This document shows, one piece after another, positions 53,977 through 63,781 of a DNA stretch of 64,000 bases. A program made the position numbers and the translations under genes. Origin of the DNA: Escherichia phage UE-S1. The notes below the pieces were generated by a model. It worked only from the letters and a program-made list of their open reading frames with translations. It made no database searches and was not told the DNA's origin. The DNA lies in the sequence record ON568341.1; one strand, written 5' to 3'. Each line of letters starts with the position of its first letter. Position 1 is the stretch's first letter.

Positions 53977-54555
53977 ATGAATGTATTAGAATTAAGTACT
54001 AAGCTGATTAGTATGCGTAATGAGTGGTACGATTGGTTTTATAATGGTACTGATATGGATTTTTCAAAATATCCATTTATGGAATCAGGATGTGATGCAA
54101 GATACCGCTGGTTGAGCAAAGATTGTTCTGGTTTACATATTCTAGTTGACGATAGTGGTCAGGGAATTATAAAAGATTTACTTCAAGTTGAACAACTCGT
54201 CCATGATAATTGGTGTGATAACGATCCATACCTTGGAAATATGATTTATGTAAGTGAAGATGATTGCATATTCGTTATCCAGCGTCATGGTAATTCTATG
54301 TTTTATGTAGCAGATAGCAGTACTCCAGAAGGTGCAGCAGCCGATGGACTTATGCCTAAGATTGATATATTGGAATTTGGATTACCTGAGCACTTCCAGA
54401 TTAGTACTTTATACGATATTCCACCACTTGAGTTCTTTGAAGAATTTAAATTGTACTACAATGATCTTCAAAAATTGAGTACTGATCGACGCATTGAAAT
54501 AACTGTTAAGTACATGGACGGAACGAAATTAACTGATACGGGGATAGAATTTTGA
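53977..54555 (+). CDS. FamB paralog outside main array
   Basis: motif PEHFQISTLYD; RBS AAGAGGA. Confidence 0.55.
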   Translation: MNVLELSTKLISMRNEWYDWFYNGTDMDFSKYPFMESGCDARYRWLSKDCSGLHILVDDSGQGIIKDLLQVEQLVHDNWCDNDPYLGNMIYVSEDDCIFVIQRHGNSMFYVADSSTPEGAAADGLMPKIDILEFGLPEHFQISTLYDIPPLEFFEEFKLYYNDLQKLSTDRRIEITVKYMDGTKLTDTGIEF

Positions 54556-55241
54556 TTAAAGATTTAGATAGAATTTTATATGTACTAAGGGGTGTAATTA
54601 CATTACATCCACAAATCAATCGAATTGAAAGTACATTTCAGTTGGAGTCAAGAGAAACTCCATATTCACATATATCAAATGTAGTTGGTTCACTCAGTAC
54701 TGAAGACTCGTCTTACGATATTTGTGTATGTGAAGTACAACCAAGTTCGGATCTTGGATTTGCTATTTTTGATAAAGATCAAAATCTCATTAGTATGTTT
54801 CAGTGCAATAATCCTTTTTGGAAAACATGCCTGTATCCAGAGTGGGCTATGCTTGATCCAACCAAGAGTACCATTAAAGTTTATGACTCTAAAAATGATG
54901 AAGTCGTTATTGATTTGGATGAGTCAATGTCAGAGGAAGAACACTTTCAGCTAATGATGATGCGTGCTATGCCGGAATACAATGCAATGATTAACACTGT
55001 GCAATACATTAAGGATACCATGCCAGCGTTGCGTACACATGAGTTTTGTCATCCGGTATTGTATGAACATCTAGATTTAGACTTCAGTACTATTAAATTT
55101 AAAGATAGTGTTAAAAAATATATTCAAGAGAATGTTAAATTTGATTTTATTAGTACTATGAACAATAATCCAAAAACTAATTTTAGGCATCAGTACAATG
55201 AATCTTTGTCTAATGGACGTGATACCAGTTGGTGGAAATAA
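54552..55241 (+). CDS. FamB paralog outside main array
   Basis: motif EEEHFQLMMMRA; probable TTG start overlapping upstream stop. Confidence 0.5.
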   Translation: MIKDLDRILYVLRGVITLHPQINRIESTFQLESRETPYSHISNVVGSLSTEDSSYDICVCEVQPSSDLGFAIFDKDQNLISMFQCNNPFWKTCLYPEWAMLDPTKSTIKVYDSKNDEVVIDLDESMSEEEHFQLMMMRAMPEYNAMINTVQYIKDTMPALRTHEFCHPVLYEHLDLDFSTIKFKDSVKKYIQENVKFDFISTMNNNPKTNFRHQYNESLSNGRDTSWWK

Positions 55242-55242
55242 T

Positions 55243-55506
55243 ATGAATATTCAAGATAGATTACAATTACTGTACACACTTGAACAGGCTGCTTATGATC
55301 TTGTTCGAAAAATCTCAGATGAACTACCTAAAGGAACTAAAGTTCGTGTACGTGAGATGAATTATTTTTCTGGAGTAATTGAAGAACAAGTACTAACAGT
55401 GAATAAAGTAACATACTATGAATCTGAGTTGTCTATTCAGTGTGAATCTGATGATGGATTAATATCATATTATGGAACTGATGTAGATATAGAGGTAATA
55501 AAATGA
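55243..55506 (+). CDS. hypothetical small protein
   Basis: ATG 55243 just after upstream stop. Confidence 0.45.
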   Translation: MNIQDRLQLLYTLEQAAYDLVRKISDELPKGTKVRVREMNYFSGVIEEQVLTVNKVTYYESELSIQCESDDGLISYYGTDVDIEVIK

Positions 55507-56645
55507 CCCTTTTGCAAATATATGAAGATTTAATGCACTTATGTAATACAAACGATGCATTCTTTTATGTGGATCATAAAAGTCCTGCTGGTGGCACGTA
55601 TCGTGTATTCAGTTATCGCCTAGCATCATACAATGATTTCATGCAACCAAATGCACTAGAAACCCGTGGCTCTATGTGGGAAATTGATGAAGAAGGTAAT
55701 ATGATTCGTTGTGCTGCTCGTACTATGAAAAAGTTCTTCAATGCTTACGAGAATCCTGCTACAATGTTCCCTGCTAACACCACATGCGATGACATTGCGG
55801 TAGTGATGCCTAAATTAGATGGTTCAGTGATCAGTACTTACCGTGATAATGATGGTGAGATTCGTTGTAAATCACATACTGCATTGTATTCTGACCATGC
55901 GATTAACAGTACTCGACTTATTAACGAAAACCAGAATTTGTATCAGTACATCGACGAAGCTGAACGTTTAGGTTACACAGTTAATATGGAGTATACAAGC
56001 CCAGAGTACCGAATTGTATTACCATATCAGGTAGAACAACTGTTTGTATTGAACGTTCGTCATCGTGTGAGTGGTGAGTTGCTATGTGGTAAAGCACTAC
56101 GTGATAAGTTTCCATGTCTTGCACAGTACAGCACTAACATGACAGGCCAAGATATTCATCACACTTTTCCTGTACGAAATACATTCCGTGAAAGTGTTGA
56201 TGAAGTTCATAAAATGCTTGATATTGAGGGGTTTGTGTGCATCTTAAATAATGGGACAATGTGTAAAATAAAGACTGACTGGTACAGTTCATTACATCTT
56301 ACAAAAGATAGTATTATTATTGATTCTCATTTATATGAAGCTGTATTAAATGGTTCAAGTGATGATTTAAAACAATTGTTCAGTACTGATGAATATGCTA
56401 TGCAAAAGATATTAAGAATGGAACAGTTGGTTTTTTCGTGCTATAATGCATTACAAGATGAAGTAGAAAGCTTCGTCAATGAACACAAGCACTTAGAGCG
56501 AAAGGAATTCGCATTGAAGGTTCAGTCGTGTTTATCTAGTGAACTGAATCGTCAGGGCTTGGCATTTGCAATGTATAATAATAAGAAAGTTGATTATAAA
56601 GATACTCTTATCAAATACATGAAAATTATACTAAAAGATTTTTAG
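55503..56645 (+). CDS. rnlA: RNA ligase 1 (T4 RnlA-like ATP-dependent RNA ligase)
   Basis: collinear with T4 Rnl1 as I recall it: FFYVDHKSPAGGTYRVFSY, active-site KLDGS (KxDG), KIKTDWYSSLHLTK, GSSDDLKQLFSTDEY; 380 aa. Confidence 0.9.
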   Translation: MTLLQIYEDLMHLCNTNDAFFYVDHKSPAGGTYRVFSYRLASYNDFMQPNALETRGSMWEIDEEGNMIRCAARTMKKFFNAYENPATMFPANTTCDDIAVVMPKLDGSVISTYRDNDGEIRCKSHTALYSDHAINSTRLINENQNLYQYIDEAERLGYTVNMEYTSPEYRIVLPYQVEQLFVLNVRHRVSGELLCGKALRDKFPCLAQYSTNMTGQDIHHTFPVRNTFRESVDEVHKMLDIEGFVCILNNGTMCKIKTDWYSSLHLTKDSIIIDSHLYEAVLNGSSDDLKQLFSTDEYAMQKILRMEQLVFSCYNALQDEVESFVNEHKHLERKEFALKVQSCLSSELNRQGLAFAMYNNKKVDYKDTLIKYMKIILKDF

Positions 56646-56675
56646 TACTAACTAGCCTAAGCACAAGGAGAAGTG

Positions 56676-56930
56676 ATGGCTAAACCTAAGTATAAAAATG
56701 ACGGTTCCCTTTCTCCAACTGAGTTCAGGAAAATACAACAAGAAATCGATGAATTACAGCACAAACGCTCAATGAAAGGTGTGAAGATAAGTAAGAAGAG
56801 AATCGAGAATACTTTCGGATGTAGTAGTACTGAATATAAGAAGAAAAGGAAACCGAAGGGTGTTAAGCCGAGAATACATGATGTAACTCGCTATACATCA
56901 AAACGTGAAAATAAATTTGATCCACTATAA
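56676..56930 (+). CDS. hypothetical highly basic protein
   Basis: ATG 56676 after AAGGAGAA RBS; Lys/Arg-rich. Confidence 0.5.
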   Translation: MAKPKYKNDGSLSPTEFRKIQQEIDELQHKRSMKGVKISKKRIENTFGCSSTEYKKKRKPKGVKPRIHDVTRYTSKRENKFDPL

Positions 56931-56939
56931 GGAGTTCAT

Positions 56940-57170
56940 ATGAAAGTTGAAGTTCAGCATAGTATTGTTCAAGATATGTCTGTAGTTAAATTTCTTTCAT
57001 TAAAAGATTACTTTAGATGTATCAAGTTCCTAGAAGAATCTCATTTAAAATGGACTCCATTAAAGTACAGTTCATCCAAAGACACTGCTAGTATTCGTTG
57101 TGATGAAGCTGTACTCGTAAAAATCTCTAAAAGATTTGGGATAGGTAAAGTGAATGAGCACAGTAAATGA
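56940..57170 (+). CDS. hypothetical protein (76 aa)
   Basis: RBS AAGGAG. Confidence 0.5.
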   Translation: MKVEVQHSIVQDMSVVKFLSLKDYFRCIKFLEESHLKWTPLKYSSSKDTASIRCDEAVLVKISKRFGIGKVNEHSK

Positions 57171-57408
57171 ACTAAAATACTACAACAAAATTGCGGATAC
57201 GTTTATTACTCATTTATATGAAGAATTCAGTAGTATCCGCAAGGAATATACAGGTAAATGTATTTTATATAGTTCTTATCTTAGTGGAAGAATTGAACGT
57301 GCTTACATTACTAAAGTGAAGTTTTCTGATGATTATCAATTACTATTTGAATTGGATGATTGTTTAGTCATTGAAGCTGATTTAATAGTAGATGTGCTGA
57401 ACAATTGA
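57154..57408 (+). CDS. hypothetical small protein
   Basis: ORF track. Confidence 0.45.
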   Translation: MSTVNELKYYNKIADTFITHLYEEFSSIRKEYTGKCILYSSYLSGRIERAYITKVKFSDDYQLLFELDDCLVIEADLIVDVLNN

Positions 57409-57414
57409 GGACAT

Positions 57415-57729
57415 ATGAATAAAGAACTTGCATATAAGGGTATCGAAAAGCTAAAGTTCGTTGAAAAGGAACTAATAGAATCAGTTGAAACAATGGTTGA
57501 AGATTACGTTTTTGATTTTAAGAAAACATTAATTGGATGTAAAGTCAAATGCTGGGATCATACCATTAGAGAATGGTTCAGTGCTATAATTCTTGATGTT
57601 AAAGTATCTCGAACTGGTATTGGTAACTTAGTAAATGGTGAATGCTTTGTATACACTGAATACAATAACGGTACAAGACACCTTTCAAAAGGATGGCACA
57701 ATCTCGAAGATGTAGAATTCATTGAGTAA
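57415..57729 (+). CDS. hypothetical small protein
   Basis: RBS GAGGA. Confidence 0.5.
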   Translation: MNKELAYKGIEKLKFVEKELIESVETMVEDYVFDFKKTLIGCKVKCWDHTIREWFSAIILDVKVSRTGIGNLVNGECFVYTEYNNGTRHLSKGWHNLEDVEFIE

Positions 57730-57741
57730 CAAGGAGTAATA

Positions 57742-58674
57742 ATGCCAACTATCACCTTAACAATTGGGTTGCCTGGGTGTGGTAAAACTACATGGGCAGT
57801 GCAAGAGATTAAAAACGCCAAATCTAAGACTATCAACATCAACCGTGATGATATTCGTGAATCTATGGCGGGGTCACATGATGCTTACAAATTCAACGAT
57901 GCTAATGAGCAGTACGTAACTACTTTACAGTTCAGTGCAGCAAATTTAGCAGCAGAGAATGGTTGGAACATCATCATATCCGATACGAACCTTAAACAAC
58001 ATTTCCGTGATCTCTGGAAAGTATGGGCTAAAGATAATGATTATGATTACAAAGAAAAGAACTTCTATGATGATTTTGTACCTAATGAAGACCGTGGTGC
58101 AGATGTTCATGAATTCTTTAAGATTAAAGAGTTCGTAAAACTTTGTAAGAAATATAACCGCCAGCGTGAGCGTTCAGTACAAGATAATATCATTGATACG
58201 ATGGCAGATACTTACTATTATAGTAAAGCAATGCACATTGGTTACTATGGTAATTCAAGAGAAGCCTCTGTTATCGTTGATATCGACGGAACTCTTGCTC
58301 ATAAATGGGGTCGTAATCCTTACGATGAAAGTACTGTACTACAAGATACACCAGATGAAGAAGTTATTTTGTCTATTATCGCTGAAGCAGTTTTCCATAA
58401 ACGTAAGATTATTGTAATGAGTGGGCGTACTGAAGGGTGTCGTGCAGACACAGAACAGTGGCTTAAGAATTGGGGTGTTCCTTACGATGCATTGTTTATG
58501 CGAGGCATCGATGATAAACGACCCGATGATGTGGTAAAATATGAGTTGTATATGAATAACGTCGTGCATCATTACGATGTTAAAAAAGTATACGATGACA
58601 GATCACAAGTCGTATTCATGTGGCGTAAACTACTTGGATTAAAAGTGATGCAAGTTGCAGAAGGAAATTTCTGA
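57742..58674 (+). CDS. pseT: polynucleotide 5-prime kinase / 3-prime phosphatase (T4 Pnk-like)
   Basis: N-terminal P-loop GLPGCGKTT, NINRDD, ISDTNL; C-terminal DxDGT phosphatase motif VIVDIDGTLA; collinear with T4 Pnk as I recall it; RBS AAGGAG. Confidence 0.85.
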   Translation: MPTITLTIGLPGCGKTTWAVQEIKNAKSKTININRDDIRESMAGSHDAYKFNDANEQYVTTLQFSAANLAAENGWNIIISDTNLKQHFRDLWKVWAKDNDYDYKEKNFYDDFVPNEDRGADVHEFFKIKEFVKLCKKYNRQRERSVQDNIIDTMADTYYYSKAMHIGYYGNSREASVIVDIDGTLAHKWGRNPYDESTVLQDTPDEEVILSIIAEAVFHKRKIIVMSGRTEGCRADTEQWLKNWGVPYDALFMRGIDDKRPDDVVKYELYMNNVVHHYDVKKVYDDRSQVVFMWRKLLGLKVMQVAEGNF

Positions 58675-58677
58675 CAC

Positions 58678-58706
58678 AAAAGGGATCAATGTATGATCCC
58701 TTTTTC
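58678..58706 (+). terminator. rho-independent terminator
   Basis: AAAGGGATCA / TGATCCCTTT stem plus T-run. Confidence 0.65.
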
Positions 58707-58723
58707 TTTTAAGGTATATTATA

Positions 58724-58900
58724 ATGAATGTAAAAACACAGATGTTATTACAAAAAGAATACTTAGAAAATATAGAAATGTTCTATAGATTGTCTTTATA
58801 CGAAAATAAACATAAAAAATATAACTTTTCTAAACAACTAACCACAAGTACTAATGATTATCTATTTTCATCAATGTTTTATGTGAGAGGTTTATTATAA
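58724..58900 (+). CDS. hypothetical small protein (58 aa)
   Basis: ATG after AAGG; TAATG overlap with next gene; not in track. Confidence 0.3.
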   Translation: MNVKTQMLLQKEYLENIEMFYRLSLYENKHKKYNFSKQLTTSTNDYLFSSMFYVRGLL

Positions 58901-59157
58901 TGGATAAATTTCACACAGATATAACACAGATAGGTAATCTTATCAATAGTCTAATTACTGATTTAGAAGAAAAGTACTTAGGTCGAAATGTATACGTTGA
59001 AATGTATGAAACATATGGTGTTATTGATATGATTTATTACAGTGCATTGAAGTGTGAAATACGTTTAACAGTATGTTTGTTTGAAAAAGATACATTCAAC
59101 AGAAGTACTGCAATTCGTCAGGTTGGTGTAGATGACATTGAATTATATGAGGAATAA
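58900..59157 (+). CDS. hypothetical small protein
   Basis: ORF track. Confidence 0.5.
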   Translation: MDKFHTDITQIGNLINSLITDLEEKYLGRNVYVEMYETYGVIDMIYYSALKCEIRLTVCLFEKDTFNRSTAIRQVGVDDIELYEE

Positions 59158-59411
59158 TGATGTTTGAACAGGACGTAGAGCTATTCAAAAGACATATTGA
59201 ATATTTGACTGTTTTAGAGAATGATTTAACCACAAAATACAAAGGAATTAGAGTCCAGTGTTGGTATGATGACTGGGATTATAAAAGGGAACTTACTATT
59301 GACCGAATTTATTTCAGTGATGGTGTACTGAATGTACATGGTGTAAATGATTTTGGTCATTCATATACATATTCTAATAATGCTAAATTTAAAAGGATCT
59401 GCAATGAATGA
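59157..59411 (+). CDS. hypothetical small protein
   Basis: TAATG overlap. Confidence 0.5.
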   Translation: MMFEQDVELFKRHIEYLTVLENDLTTKYKGIRVQCWYDDWDYKRELTIDRIYFSDGVLNVHGVNDFGHSYTYSNNAKFKRICNE

Positions 59412-59706
59412 ATATTATCATAATTTATTCGATTACATAAAACTAATAGATGATCTTTCTTTTGAATTTCTCAGTACTGAAAAAGTTGATGAACCTCTCT
59501 ATTATGATTGTATTAGTTCACTGTGTTTAGATGAAAAAGAGATATTAGCAAATAACTTACCATCCACGGTCTGTGTAATCAATGGTTCCAAGGCTGTGGT
59601 GTCTGAGGTTAATTTTCATAAATCACTTAATACAATTGTTTACAAGTTCGATAACACTTGGTTTAATCACGTAACTAGTAATATTAAATCTGTGAGATTT
59701 TTATGA
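59404..59706 (+). CDS. hypothetical protein
   Basis: ATG 59404 overlapping upstream stop. Confidence 0.45.
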   Translation: MNEYYHNLFDYIKLIDDLSFEFLSTEKVDEPLYYDCISSLCLDEKEILANNLPSTVCVINGSKAVVSEVNFHKSLNTIVYKFDNTWFNHVTSNIKSVRFL

Positions 59707-59999
59707 ATATAAAAAAATTATTTGAACAAGTAAATTTATTGTACTTGTGTTCAGACGGCTCAGATAAGGAATATAGTGAAGTTTATTTAGAACTATTTAG
59801 AACTGAAATACATCTAATTCGAAGATACCTAATTGATAACAAAACTGAAGTAAAAGTTAGATACCATAATGGTACTTTAAAGAATGGTATAATTATTGGA
59901 TTGATAGTTACAAGAATGTCCAGTAATATTAAAGTTGCAGTAAGATTAATGACTGATGATGGTGTCTACACAATAGAAGCTAATGAGATTATATATTAA
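59703..59999 (+). CDS. hypothetical small protein
   Basis: ATGA overlap. Confidence 0.5.
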   Translation: MNIKKLFEQVNLLYLCSDGSDKEYSEVYLELFRTEIHLIRRYLIDNKTEVKVRYHNGTLKNGIIIGLIVTRMSSNIKVAVRLMTDDGVYTIEANEIIY

Positions 60000-60305
60000 A
60001 TGGATATACAAACATTCAATAAACTAAAGTACTATGATAATGGTTTTGTATTAATAATTAACGAACTTGATAGTATACCATACGAATATCATAATCAAGT
60101 AATGAATATAGTAAAAAATATATGTGAAGAACTAAAAAGTATATTTAAAAATGAATATGTTTATGATTTAGGTAATAATAGAACAAAACTATACATAAAG
60201 AAATTCTGGGGAACACATTGTGGTTTGATGGTCGATTTGGGTTTAAGTTTAGACAATAATTTCGAATCATGTTCATTATATTTGGACGAAATGAGAATCT
60301 CATGA
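60000..60305 (+). CDS. hypothetical protein (101 aa)
   Basis: ORF track. Confidence 0.5.
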   Translation: MDIQTFNKLKYYDNGFVLIINELDSIPYEYHNQVMNIVKNICEELKSIFKNEYVYDLGNNRTKLYIKKFWGTHCGLMVDLGLSLDNNFESCSLYLDEMRIS

Positions 60306-60362
60306 GACATAAGGACATTCGGTGATATAATTTGATTATATCATTAATAAGGAGAGGTTGAA

Positions 60363-60689
60363 GTGAATGGGTCGTTTTTAGAAATACTAGAAAAGACAAC
60401 TGGGATGCTTTCAAGTTCACTAATGCACATTTTCAGTACTAGTAATTTTTACGATTCGCGTGTGTTAGATGTAATTTGTAATAGCTATGTTGAATGTGTG
60501 TCTAATACAATATGTCCATTTAACGCTTATTCAAATGATGGTGTTGAAAAGTTTATTATATCCAAGATTCAATGTGGTTTTGGTGATTGGATAGTTCTAT
60601 GTGAACGTAGTGGTGTGTCTTTATACATCGAAGAAATTGGAAAATTTATATACAAAGGAGTAGAATATGTTAGTCCCAATTATTATTAG
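60363..60689 (+). CDS. hypothetical protein (108 aa)
   Basis: GTG start after AGGAGAGG RBS. Confidence 0.45.
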   Translation: MNGSFLEILEKTTGMLSSSLMHIFSTSNFYDSRVLDVICNSYVECVSNTICPFNAYSNDGVEKFIISKIQCGFGDWIVLCERSGVSLYIEEIGKFIYKGVEYVSPNYY

Positions 60690-61314
60690 TAGTGCATATG
60701 TCATCGGTATTATTATTTCTGGTATGCTTGCATATAACTATAACAGAAGTATTCTAGGTTATGCAGTACTTGGTGCAGTTCTAAGCCCAGTAATTGCAAT
60801 TGGTGTTCTTATCATCTTAGGTGAGAAAAACACAAAATATTTTATTACTGAAGAACTTGATAAAATCACTCCAGCACCGGAGACGGTTATTCCAGAAGTT
60901 GAAGAAGAAGTAAAAGAAGTTGAAGTTCAAATGCAAGTTAAAGTACATAATACACTCGAAGAAACTGATCCTAAAGTTGTGGTGAATGTAGTTCCTGTCG
61001 TTGAAGATGTAAAACCAAAAGCCCAAAGATCCAAAAAAACCACTAAAACACAGAAAAATACTAAAACTGCAAAAAAATCACGTAACACTAAAGGTAAGAA
61101 TAAAGGGAAATCGACGGATGAACAACAACTAGGTGTTCATAACCATACTGCACAAATTACATCGGCAGCGGCAGCGGGGGCAATCGTAACATCACCAATC
61201 TACAACAATGATGATTACAGTGATTATAGTCGTCACAGTAGTTCCCCTTCTGATTCTTGTTCTTATGATAGTTCTAGCTCTGATTCAAGTTCATCTTCTG
61301 GAAGTTGTGATTAA
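60667..61314 (+). CDS. membrane protein with low-complexity charged and Ser-rich tail
   Basis: two hydrophobic helices, then EVEEEVKEVE / KKTTKTQKNTKTAKK / SSSSDSSSSSGSCD. Confidence 0.55.
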   Translation: MLVPIIISSAYVIGIIISGMLAYNYNRSILGYAVLGAVLSPVIAIGVLIILGEKNTKYFITEELDKITPAPETVIPEVEEEVKEVEVQMQVKVHNTLEETDPKVVVNVVPVVEDVKPKAQRSKKTTKTQKNTKTAKKSRNTKGKNKGKSTDEQQLGVHNHTAQITSAAAAGAIVTSPIYNNDDYSDYSRHSSSPSDSCSYDSSSSDSSSSSGSCD

Positions 61315-61643
61315 TGTCAATGAAACCACTAATTCAACATAATATTTTTTATAGTTCATTATTCAAAATACAAGATGATTTTTATCAGACGTTGAGTAAT
61401 GATCTTATAGGTAAAACTGTACGATATTCAGACCAATACATCAAACGTATGACAAGTCAGTATATTGACCCTGAATACGAATACGACATTGAACACATTA
61501 ATCCCAATACTAGAATGAAAATCATTGAGATATTTAAGAATGGGAGAACTATAGGTGCTGAAATTGAGTACTTGAATTGTGATTGTTACATAGATACTGA
61601 GTTGAGTTTAGATTATCTTGTTTTAGTGGATGATGAGGAATAA
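61314..61643 (+). CDS. hypothetical small protein
   Basis: ORF track. Confidence 0.5.
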   Translation: MSMKPLIQHNIFYSSLFKIQDDFYQTLSNDLIGKTVRYSDQYIKRMTSQYIDPEYEYDIEHINPNTRMKIIEIFKNGRTIGAEIEYLNCDCYIDTELSLDYLVLVDDEE

Positions 61644-61645
61644 TT

Positions 61646-61861
61646 ATGATAACATTTTTCGCAATATATGGATTTGTAACATTTGTTACATTTATAACCA
61701 ACTTTTTAGTACTTAATTGGGGTTGTTTTAAAGATGAAATCATGATTGCCATGAATCTCCAAACAGCAGCACTAATGGCTATTATTTGGCCTGTAACGTT
61801 AGTATACCTTTTTATTTCACTTACTCAAGATATTATTAACAAATATAAGAGAAAGAACTAA
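61646..61861 (+). CDS. small membrane protein (71 aa)
   Basis: two hydrophobic segments, basic C-terminus KYKRKN. Confidence 0.5.
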   Translation: MITFFAIYGFVTFVTFITNFLVLNWGCFKDEIMIAMNLQTAALMAIIWPVTLVYLFISLTQDIINKYKRKN

Positions 61862-62118
61862 TGTTCAAAACCGACTTATCACATTTTCGATATCTTAGGT
61901 CTTTGGCTGATGATTTTATAAATGATCTTAAGCCAAAATATATTGGTCAAGAAGTACGATTAATAAACTCCAGAGGGTATGGAAAGTATATTATAACGGA
62001 TATGTATATTAGTGCTGGTGAGTGGTGTTTTAAAATTAACACTTATCTTAAAGATGGTTCTTTTGCTGGAACACAAGTTACTAAACATACTAATATTATA
62101 TGGTTGGAGCAACAATGA
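61861..62118 (+). CDS. hypothetical small protein
   Basis: ORF track. Confidence 0.5.
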   Translation: MFKTDLSHFRYLRSLADDFINDLKPKYIGQEVRLINSRGYGKYIITDMYISAGEWCFKINTYLKDGSFAGTQVTKHTNIIWLEQQ

Positions 62119-62858
62119 AACACTTTTTAGAAGTAACCGTGCCTGATGATAAAGATTTATATATTGTAGGTGATTTGCATGGTAATGGTAAACTATGGGA
62201 TGCTACAGTAAAAGAATTTGGTATTACACACAATGATTATGTTTTCAGTGTAGGTGATGTTATCGACCGTGGAGAACAAAATTCAAAGCTCCTTTTTGAA
62301 TTTTTGTTCGGTGAAAATCGTTACATGATTGCTGGTAATCATGAGATGATGTGTGTTGATTCTGAAACACTTCGAGATTGGTATCATTGTTGGATAAGTA
62401 ATGGTGGTGATAAATTCCTTGATGAAGTTGGAGGGACAGGTATTCAATTCTTTCGTCAGTACTTGAAAGATTTACCTATGATTATCCAAATCAACCATAG
62501 AGGCTTGAAGATCGGGTTAGTTCATGCTGGAGTTCCTTTGGAATATACAACATGGGAACGATTTGTTAATGGGACAAAATCACTTAGTGCTGATATAGTT
62601 GATAAGTGCTTGTGGGATAGGAAAACATTCGATTATTGTAGGACAAATAATACTTATTATGCACCTAAGTTAGATGGAGTGCATTGTGTCTTTAGTGGAC
62701 ATACAGCAGTTACTGAACCACTCATTTATGGCAATCGCATTTGGATTGATAGTCAGTTCTTGACGGGTGACTTAACTCTCGCTACTCCACAAAGTGGTGG
62801 GATGAGATACTTACGTAAAGAAAAAGATGAGTACTCATTCAGTCGTTTCAAAAGGTAA
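62115..62858 (+). CDS. Ser/Thr protein phosphatase (lambda-PPase-like metallophosphoesterase)
   Basis: GDLHG, GDVIDRG, GNHE motifs in canonical order; ATGA overlap. Confidence 0.8.
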   Translation: MKHFLEVTVPDDKDLYIVGDLHGNGKLWDATVKEFGITHNDYVFSVGDVIDRGEQNSKLLFEFLFGENRYMIAGNHEMMCVDSETLRDWYHCWISNGGDKFLDEVGGTGIQFFRQYLKDLPMIIQINHRGLKIGLVHAGVPLEYTTWERFVNGTKSLSADIVDKCLWDRKTFDYCRTNNTYYAPKLDGVHCVFSGHTAVTEPLIYGNRIWIDSQFLTGDLTLATPQSGGMRYLRKEKDEYSFSRFKR

Positions 62859-62863
62859 TAATT

Positions 62864-63133
62864 ATGCATGATGTAGTTAAAAAATATTTGAATGATAGAT
62901 ATATCATGGAAAAATCTATTAATTCTATCCTAAAAGATCATGATAATCAAATACGTGAGATTCTATCAAATAAACTTATTGGTTGTTCAGTTGAGTTCAA
63001 CTACAAAAAGAATGTAGTGAAGATTGGAGTTATTAAACGTGTAGTTGCTGTTTATGACCAAAATGTATATGTTGAAATTGAATATGATGGTAAATTATCA
63101 CAATTAAGTACTGAAGATTTAACATTTTTATAA
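62864..63133 (+). CDS. hypothetical small protein
   Basis: ORF track. Confidence 0.5.
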   Translation: MHDVVKKYLNDRYIMEKSINSILKDHDNQIREILSNKLIGCSVEFNYKKNVVKIGVIKRVVAVYDQNVYVEIEYDGKLSQLSTEDLTFL

Positions 63134-63143
63134 GGAAATAGAA

Positions 63144-63371
63144 ATGAAAGTAATTCAAGTTATGGTAGAAAAATACCAAACTGAAGATGGTCGTATTTTT
63201 GATTCAGCTAAACAAGCTGAACATCATGAACGTATTATTTCGGGTACACGTAAAGTGTGTCCTACATGTAATGGAACACAACAAGTGCCGTCAGAAGATT
63301 ACCGCAGCTTTTATGCTTGTCCATACTGTGATGGGAAAGGCTATGTAGAAAAACAAGAGGTATGGAAATGA
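63144..63371 (+). CDS. putative zinc-ribbon protein (75 aa)
   Basis: CPTCNG ... CPYCDG; RBS AAGGAAA. Confidence 0.5.
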   Translation: MKVIQVMVEKYQTEDGRIFDSAKQAEHHERIISGTRKVCPTCNGTQQVPSEDYRSFYACPYCDGKGYVEKQEVWK

Positions 63372-63781
63372 AATTGTATTGCTTAACTAATATGTACTGT
63401 CAAGGTGTCCAAGCTGGTATTCAAGCATTTCATGCTGGTGTTAAACTAATCAAAGAATATGAAGGTACTGCTTTCAGTACTATGATTGATGAATGGTATA
63501 ATGAGCACGAAACTATTGTAGTACTAAATGCGGGTGGACATGATAAATTAAATTCTTATTATAAAGACCTTAACAAACAGGGAACAGTTCCGTTTGCCAA
63601 ATTCAATGAAGCTGGATTGAATGATGCTATTACATGTATCGCAGTACTGTGTACATCTGAAATGATTGAAGACATGGCTGTTATGCGTATGAATCTTCCT
63701 GCTGGTGATCAGCTAATGCAAGTGAAATATGGTGCATTGTTTGACACACTTAAAGCAATCAGTACGATGAGGACAATTTGA
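63362..63781 (+). CDS. hypothetical protein (139 aa)
   Basis: ORF track. Confidence 0.5.
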   Translation: MEMKLYCLTNMYCQGVQAGIQAFHAGVKLIKEYEGTAFSTMIDEWYNEHETIVVLNAGGHDKLNSYYKDLNKQGTVPFAKFNEAGLNDAITCIAVLCTSEMIEDMAVMRMNLPAGDQLMQVKYGALFDTLKAISTMRTI

